Positions 37,201-44,016 of a stretch of 64,000 bases of DNA are shown here, piece by piece. The DNA lies in contig MVQH01000077.1 in NCBI GenBank assembly GCA_002067755.1, positions 1,425 to 65,424 on the forward strand, given 5' to 3'. How positions within the stretch are numbered: the stretch's first letter is position 1; each line of letters starts with the position of its first letter. Under the pieces are notes generated by a model. It had not been told where the DNA came from, did not search any database, and saw nothing but the letters and a program-made list of their open reading frames with translations. The stretch is from Methanosaeta sp. PtaB.Bin018. GTDB taxonomy: Archaea; Halobacteriota; Methanosarcinia; Methanotrichales; Methanotrichaceae. The translations under genes and the position numbers were made by a program.

Positions 37201-39470
37201 CAATTGTTGCCTCCGGGCTATATGGCAACCTGACAAACCTTGCACAGACGGTCTTCGAATACAAGAGTGTGCAAAACGCCAGCGTGAAAGAGGGCTACAA
37301 GAGACAGATCATCAACATCAGCAGGGATATGCATCTGGACGAAGATCTTGAGGTGGATCTGAATCTTATCTCTTCAAATTCTACCAGCTTCGATGTCTAT
37401 GCAGATGATCTGGAAAGATATCTTTACGATCTTAAGAACCAGTTCATGCCATACGGACTTCACACCTTTGGCAAGCCTCCTGAGGGCAGGGCTCTGGTGG
37501 GCATGGTGAAGTCCATGCTGGGAGAGGGCCTGTCCAAAGAGGTTGCACACATGATATCATACAGCGATTATCCAAACATCACGCGCCTTGACAAGGAGAA
37601 TGAGCTCGAAAACTGCGAAACAAAGCTGCTTTCACTGGTAGTGATCAACGGGACTCTTCCTGATTATGCCCAGATGGCGGTTTTGAATAATGTCTCAAGA
37701 AACCTGTCTGATCAGCTAAATCTATCTCTGGCATATGCACAGAACATTCGAGCCTGCCAAAGAGAGGTGAGAAGCCTCGTAAGTGCCTTGGACTCCAATT
37801 ATACATCGCCTTCTCCAGCCGACGATCCTATTCGAGATCCAGAGGTTCTTCCTACCGGACGGAACTTCAGGTCACTTGATCCGCGCAGGGTGCCAACAAG
37901 TGCTGCCTGGGAGGTAGGCAAAAATCTGGCTGAAAAGATCATTGAAGAATACAGGCAGGATCACAACGGTACTTTTCCAAGAAAGCTGGCGATGGTGCTC
38001 TGGGCCTGGGCCATGACTGATCACGGTGTTGTGGAATCGGAAATCCTCTCTTTGATAGGGGCAAAGCCAGTCTATGACGGCTACGGTGGAGTGTGTGACG
38101 TAAAACTTGTACCGCTCTCCGAGCTCGGCAGGCCCAGGATAGATGTGGTGGTCGTGCCTTCAGGCCTTGACAGAGATCTGTTTCCAGAGAAGCTCCAGCT
38201 AATAGACAGAGCTATCAGACTGGCCAGCAACGACAGTAGCACAGAGTATTCCAACTTTATCCGAGAGAACTCAGAAAAGATATTCCAGGAGCTGATGGCC
38301 ACAGGAAATGTGAGCGAGAGTGATGCACGAATCCTATCCACCTCCAGGATATTCCTGGAAGAGGCAGGGACATACGGTCCCAACCTCGACGCTGCAATAT
38401 CTGCCAGCAATGCCTGGGAGAATGACACAGTGCTTGGCAACCTCTTCATAAAGAGGATGTCTTACATCTACGGCGATGGGATCTGGAGCAGCAAGCTGGC
38501 CTCCGGAGAGGACCTATCTCCCTTGCAAGAGGATCTATACAAGACCAATCTTCAGGAGGTAGAGGCAGCAGTCCATCACACCAACTCCAACCTCTACGGA
38601 TTCATAGACAACGACGACGTCCTCCAGTACCTGGGAGGCATAGGGCTGGCGGTGAGAACTGTCAGTGGAAAAACACCTGATATGTACGTCACCGATGCCA
38701 GAGATCCTGAAAGCACAGCAGTATCATCGTTACACAACTTTTTCTCCAAGGAGCTTCGGGCACGTTACTACAATCCTCAGTGGATCAAAGGGATGATGGA
38801 GCAGGGCTACTCAGGTGCCAGGGAGATGGACAAGTTCGTTGAAAACCTGTGGGGCTGGGAGGCTATGCTTCCCGATATGGTCTCTGAGGCTGTCTGGAAT
38901 GAGGTGCATGATGTCTATGTAAGGGACAAGTATGATCTCGGCATGAAACAGTTCTTTGACCAGAACAATCCCTGGGCATCTCAGGCCCTCGAAGGGAGAA
39001 TGCTCGAGACTGCCAGGAAATGTAGGTGGCACCCAGACCAGGCTACAAAGGCAGATCTAGTCCGGGAGTACCAACGATCGGTAAAGGATTTTGGTGTGAC
39101 CTGCTGTCACCACACCTGCGGCAACCTACTGCTAAACGAGTACATGAGTGGAATTCTCCCTGCACAAGACAGACAAGACGGCTCCAGACAGAGCGACTCG
39201 AAGCCAAGCCATAAAAGCTCCTCGTCCAAACGCTCCTCTCCAGGGGGCGCTTCTGGACGCTTCAACACAACGAAGTCGAGCGGTGTGGGCACAGCGTCCG
39301 CAAAGCCTGTGGAAAAGACACAGTCAGCCTCAGAAGAAGTGCAGGGCATGGTCATGGAAAGCCCTTCGAACGACATCTCTCTGCCATCCATTTCTGGCGC
39401 GCCGCTCATGGGTGTGGCCTTGGTGCTTGTCATGTTGCTGTTCATGATCGCAGGATTCAGGAGAGGCTGA
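34251..39470 (+). CDS. Exported fusion protein: PQQ-like beta-propeller, then a CobN/ChlH-type (class I) chelatase large-subunit domain, then a Ser-rich linker and a C-terminal TM anchor
   Basis: A GTG at 34251 (GTGA overlap with the upstream stop) gives the signal-like (M)RISDAKNLGVCIPLIFFLFGLMMQASA. The propeller module starts FTTFHGDNQRTGN. The CobN-type core includes HLGKHGTQEWLPGKE, DPIRDPEVLPTGRNF and AVHHTNSNLYGFIDNDD. The C-terminus is SSSSKRSS...PLMGVALVLVMLLFMIAGFRRG. I count about 35-40 N-x-S/T sequons by eye along the whole length. Confidence 0.85.
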   Translation: MRISDAKNLGVCIPLIFFLFGLMMQASADFTTFHGDNQRTGNVSGNYPDEPHVLWSASPTGHGYIGATAAISGIRVYISNWPDMTFKGELGLACLDEENGTVLWLNSLGGKGGASTPAISDDRVFVGSLTGDLYCLNSTTGKTLWNRTLDKNPGWWGVASSPLVQGETVYVMSFSDGAIHSLDLDGKEMWNMTTGRIHPFASAASSGRRLYFPGGDPALYCIDATSGELVWKAPQESQITATPALWNDLAFIVTEKALKALNASTGQEIWKVAINGTMSSPAISFDRVYVGSDDGSTGHLACFNAQNGSQVWRTEVNGPVRSSPLVGDGKVYFGTNTEAGVIYSLNASNGSVAWSYPVHQYVMASAAGSDGVIFIGSDDGLLYAFGFMPKGHLRNGDIQHDDESVKFNITAHTTRPNALFITVGNHPQIEVASQNAALNVTLAPPTNVSNLSSYDLIFLEMLGAEDVSNLAPLIEDAKKKGVPVIILNSGGYEDLGNVNLSDHPKIQEYWDYSGIENMRRLYSYLAARILGLNVKVEEPVPTPKEYIYHPDSAEIFDNLSHYLDWYENKPGHRYNQSAPTIGILSYYTDLGQIDINRLISALEREGANVIGAGFSNTSTIKRLFFKNGTPIVNAVILTKSFRINYGDADQGVSDLEDLNVPVLRAMRLYYQTAEQWTNASSIEPIELYFQVAQPEMDGVIEPIVISGRDETIYAPVESQIEWIAERALAWAELERKPESDRKLAIIYYNHAAGKDNLEGCYLNVPRTLENILEGLNRSLFKVQGSIPDEKDLVDLLAHEGTNIGSWAPGELLSMVDKGNATLIPAEEYLSWFETLPANRQEETIKHWGPPPGDIMVYQNESGKYIVIPKLSFGNVILLPQPTRGWLENNTVLYHSTDLPPHHQYIAFYLWLKNGFGADAIVHLGKHGTQEWLPGKECGISRDDWPALLIQDLPVVYPYIVDNIAEGTQAKRRGDAVMVTHLTPPIVASGLYGNLTNLAQTVFEYKSVQNASVKEGYKRQIINISRDMHLDEDLEVDLNLISSNSTSFDVYADDLERYLYDLKNQFMPYGLHTFGKPPEGRALVGMVKSMLGEGLSKEVAHMISYSDYPNITRLDKENELENCETKLLSLVVINGTLPDYAQMAVLNNVSRNLSDQLNLSLAYAQNIRACQREVRSLVSALDSNYTSPSPADDPIRDPEVLPTGRNFRSLDPRRVPTSAAWEVGKNLAEKIIEEYRQDHNGTFPRKLAMVLWAWAMTDHGVVESEILSLIGAKPVYDGYGGVCDVKLVPLSELGRPRIDVVVVPSGLDRDLFPEKLQLIDRAIRLASNDSSTEYSNFIRENSEKIFQELMATGNVSESDARILSTSRIFLEEAGTYGPNLDAAISASNAWENDTVLGNLFIKRMSYIYGDGIWSSKLASGEDLSPLQEDLYKTNLQEVEAAVHHTNSNLYGFIDNDDVLQYLGGIGLAVRTVSGKTPDMYVTDARDPESTAVSSLHNFFSKELRARYYNPQWIKGMMEQGYSGAREMDKFVENLWGWEAMLPDMVSEAVWNEVHDVYVRDKYDLGMKQFFDQNNPWASQALEGRMLETARKCRWHPDQATKADLVREYQRSVKDFGVTCCHHTCGNLLLNEYMSGILPAQDRQDGSRQSDSKPSHKSSSSKRSSPGGASGRFNTTKSSGVGTASAKPVEKTQSASEEVQGMVMESPSNDISLPSISGAPLMGVALVLVMLLFMIAGFRRG

Positions 39471-39557
39471 AGGCGTAAAGATTATTATCATCATATTTTT
39501 CCTTTAATCAACAAAACTTGCGTAAGCGTTATATCCAACCAGGATGATTTTAGACAA

Positions 39558-40250
39558 TTGGTGTCCTCATTGGAGCTCTCATCGATTACTGTTAGTGGTA
39601 TCTTGATAGGCATTCTTATCTTTGCATTTAAAGTCAGCCTTGGCTGTGGCATGGCCTGCCTCAGCCGTCGTGAAACTCTGTTAATAGCTCTCAGCTATAT
39701 GGCACTGGCCAGCCTGATGGGTGTCATCATTGGATTCATACCGAATTCGGTCTTCTTTTGGCTGCTGAACGCTGGGGTGGCCATGCATGCCGTCATCGCC
39801 TTGCTACTGGTCACCTTGGGCGTGATTACTGCTAGGGAATGGAACCGTGAAGGCCATGATATCTCTCGTCGCACCTTCTGGGCCCTGTCCTTTCCCTGTC
39901 CGGCCTGCATGGCCGCAACTTTCCTATCCTGTAGCTTTCTTGTAGGCGTTTTAAATGTTGCCTCTTGGATGATAGGCCTTGCCGTGGGAGCGGTCTTTCT
40001 CGTATCCATCATCGGGCTATCTGAGCTGTTTCGAAAGAGTCACAGGACGCCATCTGATATGGGCAATGCCATGATATTTCTAGGGCTTTTTTATATTTTA
40101 TCAATGCTGGTCATCCCTGCTTACCTCGGCTCTAAAATAGCTTCAACGCCTTCGGAGATGCCCTCAGTAAATGCTGTCTACATTTATGGATTTCTTTTTG
40201 GAATGGTGCTTCTGGGATACCTGAGCAGGAGGATGGGGGTCGCCAAATGA
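39558..40250 (+). CDS. Polytopic membrane protein (DUF2162-like predicted transporter) with an intramembrane CPAC motif
   Basis: 230 aa with ~6 hydrophobic segments. SFPCPACMAATFLSC is encoded at 39897-39908. TTG start as tracked. The DUF2162 assignment is from memory of methanogen annotations. Confidence 0.6.
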   Translation: MVSSLELSSITVSGILIGILIFAFKVSLGCGMACLSRRETLLIALSYMALASLMGVIIGFIPNSVFFWLLNAGVAMHAVIALLLVTLGVITAREWNREGHDISRRTFWALSFPCPACMAATFLSCSFLVGVLNVASWMIGLAVGAVFLVSIIGLSELFRKSHRTPSDMGNAMIFLGLFYILSMLVIPAYLGSKIASTPSEMPSVNAVYIYGFLFGMVLLGYLSRRMGVAK

Positions 40251-40888
40251 TGGGCATCTACGATACATGCGAATACATGCTCTATGTATTCTCAGATGCC
40301 ATGCTTTATCCAGATATGATCGGGCTGATCCTCCTATTTGGCTGGTCTCTAACCCTGGTAGGATCGATGGTTCATGATTTCACCACCCGTAATAGAGATC
40401 TCGAGAAGATTGAGGAGATATGTTTTCAGGCGGCGGGTCTTGTGCGATCTGGCCGGACGGATCAGGCTGCAGCAAAGCTCGGCAGCTATGGGTCCAAGAC
40501 GCTTGTCTCCCGGGTTTTAAAGGAGATGGGAGATGCCATTTTGGTTGGGACCTTCCACCTGAAGTTCGAGAAGATTTTGCAGGATGCAGAGATCAGCATA
40601 GACAAATCACTTGAGCTCATTCGGATCGGTGTCAGGATAGGACCAATGCTGGGGCTGATGGGAACACTGATACCCCTGGGACCAGCACTTCTTGGCCTGG
40701 CTCAAGGCAATATCAAGCAGCTTTCAGACAGCCTGGTGATAGCTTTCACCACCACTGTGGTGGGCATAGTGGTGGGAGGGATATGCTACTGTGTTGCGAC
40801 AATAAGGACGCGATGGTACCGTCAGGACTTGAGCGATCTGGAGTATGCAGTCGACATCCTCAGGAGCGAGATTGATGAGGGGGCGTAG
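40247..40888 (+). CDS. MotA/TolQ/ExbB-family proton channel protein
   Basis: C-terminal signature GPMLGLMGTLIPLGPALLGLA...SDSLVIAFTTTVVGIVVG. ATGA overlap with the upstream gene. Confidence 0.8.
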   Translation: MMGIYDTCEYMLYVFSDAMLYPDMIGLILLFGWSLTLVGSMVHDFTTRNRDLEKIEEICFQAAGLVRSGRTDQAAAKLGSYGSKTLVSRVLKEMGDAILVGTFHLKFEKILQDAEISIDKSLELIRIGVRIGPMLGLMGTLIPLGPALLGLAQGNIKQLSDSLVIAFTTTVVGIVVGGICYCVATIRTRWYRQDLSDLEYAVDILRSEIDEGA

Positions 40889-41231
40889 GTATTTCAGCGA
40901 GGCTGCTCCATGGAATGAGGACCCCATGAGCGGGCTGTCTAATATCTTCGACGCTGCCATGGTCTTTGCTCTTGGGTTCTTGCTGGCGCTAGCAGTCTCG
41001 TACAGCATCCAAGAGATGCTCGATCCTCAAAGCACAGTGACTTTGGTCAAGAATCCAGGAGATCCCGATATGCAGATAATCATCAAGGACATGGATAAAA
41101 TTCAGGTGCTGAACATGACCGACAAGATTGCTGGAGGACAGGGCACAAAGATGGGAACAGCCTATCGCCTGGAGAACGGGCAGGTGGTCTATGTGCCGGA
41201 GAACGCCACTTCGCCCTCAGTTCAGAGTTAG
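40875..41231 (+). CDS. Single-pass membrane protein (DUF2149-like), ExbD/TolR-like in topology
   Basis: ATG 40875 overlaps the ExbB-like gene by 14 nt. The TM segment LSNIFDAAMVFALGFLLALAV carries an Asp at its start, as ExbD/TolR do. A ~80-aa extracytoplasmic domain follows. Confidence 0.55.
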   Translation: MRGRRYFSEAAPWNEDPMSGLSNIFDAAMVFALGFLLALAVSYSIQEMLDPQSTVTLVKNPGDPDMQIIIKDMDKIQVLNMTDKIAGGQGTKMGTAYRLENGQVVYVPENATSPSVQS

Positions 41232-41422
41232 GGCAGCCCCATTGATAATTTCTCATTTAGTTCCTGATCATCGGCATATTTCACCTTGTTTTTGGTGCTA
41301 TTTGGGTTATTAAATGATCAAAAGATGCTAATTTTAATCTTAGTCCAAAAAGTTTAAATAAAATCATTATAACTTGATCTACTTGATTTGTATTAACAAA
41401 AATTAATTTGAGGTAGAGAGGG

Positions 41423-42943
41423 ATGAAACATTTGGCTTTGGCGCTATTTTGCGTTTTTTTACTTACACTCACAACAGCATCGGCAGAGGTAACGGCTCAA
41501 ATAACTGTTTTTTGTAATGGAGGTGTAGTCTACGACAATGCTGTGACGGTTACTGGTTCGAATCCCACTGCCTGGGACGCCATTCGGGCAAGTGATGTGG
41601 GCTATGATTATACCGACTATGGTGGATGGATTTTTATAAATAGCATTGCAGGATGCGGCGGAAGCTGGGGCCCCGCATTTTATGTAAATGGAGCCGAGTC
41701 CGATGTAGGCGTCAACAGTTACTACATAGAAGATGGCGATCATCTTCAGTTCATTGGGCCGAACAATGGCGGACCGACAGCAGGCATCCTGTATCTTGCT
41801 GTGCTTCCGGATGTTGTAGCCAAAGGCGAAGGCTTCAGGGTCAAAGTAATGGAAAAATCTGCATACTCATATGGGGGCTATGATCGCCCATCAGCAGGCG
41901 CAACAGTCACCATAGGCAATGAGACCTTCGATACAGGCAGCGACGGCTACACAGACGAGATCGTCCTCGACTATGACGCCTATTATTGCGTAGCCGCAGA
42001 GAAGGGCGGATATGTGGCCACATATTACTTTTATGGCCTTCCGTATATTCAGTGTGGAGTTGGAGGGCCCTACATTTGTAGCGTTACTGGCGAAGGGTCG
42101 AAGAGAGGAAATATAAAGTACGACGAAGACTCATCGGTCAGCGGCGAAGGGTTCTGTTCGTGCCGATCCTACTTTGAAAATTATGGCGGAAAATATCCAG
42201 CACGCTCGACAAAGGCTTACCAAAAGGGATCTGGAAGCTACGACGCTGAGAGAATTATCAAGCAGAGGCCGAGTGGAATCGACCTCAGCGAATCAACGGA
42301 GATGAATTATCGTCCGACCACAGTTGAGGCTTATAGCCGGGATCTTAACTACAAATCCAATTACGAGGACAGCATATACCAGAAGAATTATCGTGGAGCC
42401 ACAGAATCCTCCGAGAGATATCGCCAACTGAATTCCCTTACGAAGACGAGCTATTATAACAATAGCCGAGGAATCAATTACTCTTTCACGGCGAACTTTC
42501 AGGGAATAGCTGAACTGTCTGCACGCACCCTTGAGGACGAGGCCTTCTTGGACTGGAGAGAAAAGGCTCGGCCTAAGGAAGAGTCTATTGAGACTTACAT
42601 CGGCAACTTCCAAATTTCCCGAAGAGGTTTTCTCCCGATGGGTGGGAACGATGAAACGGATTGCGAAGAGGACTGCAAATGGAATTGTAAAAAGCATTGC
42701 ATGGAGGACGAGGGATATAGCGAGGAGTACTGCGAAGAGCATTGCGGTGAGTATTGCGAAGATTATTGCGAGAACGAATCTACCTATGAGGATTATGAGC
42801 TTTTACCATGCTGTAGCGGTGGATGGTTCAATATGACAAAGGCAGATCAGATTGGACATTCTGCCAAAGGCATCTTCGATTGCTCCTGCAAAATTACTGC
42901 GGCTCCAGTATTGATCGGCAAGAAGGCCAGTTCGAAGGCATAA
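41423..42943 (+). CDS. Secreted DUF4430-domain protein (transcobalamin beta-domain-like) with Ig-like middle region and a Cys/Glu-rich C-terminal region
   Basis: Signal MKHLALALFCVFLLTLTTASA. DUF4430-like block TAWDAIRAS...YGGWIFINSIAG...WGPAFYVNGAESDVGVNSYYIEDGDHLQF. Then CEEDCKWNCKKHC...YCEEHCGEYCEDYC. Confidence 0.65.
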   Translation: MKHLALALFCVFLLTLTTASAEVTAQITVFCNGGVVYDNAVTVTGSNPTAWDAIRASDVGYDYTDYGGWIFINSIAGCGGSWGPAFYVNGAESDVGVNSYYIEDGDHLQFIGPNNGGPTAGILYLAVLPDVVAKGEGFRVKVMEKSAYSYGGYDRPSAGATVTIGNETFDTGSDGYTDEIVLDYDAYYCVAAEKGGYVATYYFYGLPYIQCGVGGPYICSVTGEGSKRGNIKYDEDSSVSGEGFCSCRSYFENYGGKYPARSTKAYQKGSGSYDAERIIKQRPSGIDLSESTEMNYRPTTVEAYSRDLNYKSNYEDSIYQKNYRGATESSERYRQLNSLTKTSYYNNSRGINYSFTANFQGIAELSARTLEDEAFLDWREKARPKEESIETYIGNFQISRRGFLPMGGNDETDCEEDCKWNCKKHCMEDEGYSEEYCEEHCGEYCEDYCENESTYEDYELLPCCSGGWFNMTKADQIGHSAKGIFDCSCKITAAPVLIGKKASSKA

Positions 42944-42944
42944 A

Positions 42945-43949
42945 ATGAGGGATGACATGATTAAATTGTTTGGTGCAGTCCTTGCCTCAGTCGTGTTTCT
43001 TGGCATAGCAACAGGAACTATCGACGGTTCCGGAGAGAAGAATCCGGTGGTCACCAATGATTCTTTGGAATTGGGACTTCTTTCGATGTCTGATGGGCCG
43101 ATAGTTTCTGCAATAAATTATCTATCGTCCTGCCAGAATGAGGATGGGGGCTTTGGACCCGATCCAGAATCTGAGAGCAACATTAAAGATACAGCCATAG
43201 TTACAATTGCCTTTGCGTCTGCAGGCAAAAATATGTCGGATTTTGCCAAGGGTGGGAAGAACTCCCTTGATTATTTAATTGAGAGGCAGGCAGAACTCGA
43301 CAATTTAAGCAATGTCGAAGCCCAGGTAGGGCGATACGTGACTGCCCTCGCATCAGCTGGCTTGGATCCAAGGGATATCAAAGGCAAAAACTACGTGCAA
43401 ATCTTGAAAAGCTACTGTCGACCCGACGGTGAGGTGGGCAAAGAGTTCTACATCTGGGATGATGCATGGATCGTGATCGCCCTTGCCGCATGCAATGAGT
43501 CTCATTCAAATGAGGTGAAAAGTGCGCTCGAGCATCTGAAGAGCATACAGACAGCCAAGGGAGGTTGGGCCTGGAACGGAGGCACTAGCGGCGAGGACCC
43601 AGACACTGCAAGCATAATTTTATGTGCACTGATATGTGGAGGTGAAGATGCGGACTCCGATGCGGTCAAGAGAGGTTTGCAGTATCTTTCATCAGAGCAA
43701 AATGCAGATGGAGGGTTCTCATCCGTTGGATCCAACGCTGCTACCGATGGCTGGGCTATCATGGCCCTCAATGCTGCAGGCCAAAATCCCAGATCATGGA
43801 AGAAGGGATCCTCCGATCCTATCGGCCATCTGCTAAGCCTCCAGCAGGATGACGGCTCTATATGGTGGAAAAAGGATAGCAAGGGTTTTTCCTTTGAGTG
43901 GACTGCCAATGGGATAATAGCCTTGACCGGAGGGCGAATGCCTCCGTGA
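42945..43949 (+). CDS. Secreted prenyltransferase/squalene-cyclase-like alpha/alpha-toroid repeat protein
   Basis: N-terminal hydrophobic segment, then QW-type repeats: QNEDGGFG, QTAKGGWAW, QNADGGFS, QQDDGSIWW. Starts 1 nt after the upstream stop. Confidence 0.7.
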   Translation: MRDDMIKLFGAVLASVVFLGIATGTIDGSGEKNPVVTNDSLELGLLSMSDGPIVSAINYLSSCQNEDGGFGPDPESESNIKDTAIVTIAFASAGKNMSDFAKGGKNSLDYLIERQAELDNLSNVEAQVGRYVTALASAGLDPRDIKGKNYVQILKSYCRPDGEVGKEFYIWDDAWIVIALAACNESHSNEVKSALEHLKSIQTAKGGWAWNGGTSGEDPDTASIILCALICGGEDADSDAVKRGLQYLSSEQNADGGFSSVGSNAATDGWAIMALNAAGQNPRSWKKGSSDPIGHLLSLQQDDGSIWWKKDSKGFSFEWTANGIIALTGGRMPP

Positions 43950-44016
43950 TCGCTCTCCTGGCACCTATCCATAAGTCCATTTCGCCACCTTTTTACAGAG
44001 GAATAGCATATCTTCG

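Noticed and set aside
34251-39470. Calling the CobN-like gene the cytoplasmic cobaltochelatase of B12 synthesis or the Ni-chelatase of F430 synthesis
   Set aside because: Its signal-like N-terminus, C-terminal anchor and sequon density point to an exported protein. No CobS/CobT-like genes are adjacent. F430 nickel insertion is known to use a small CbiX-type enzyme.
26619-43949. The whole block considered as a prophage, integrative element or defence island
   Set aside because: It has no integrase, capsid or terminase genes, no nuclease, Cas or restriction-modification genes, and no flanking tRNA or direct repeats. Its content is exported and membrane proteins plus one small IS.
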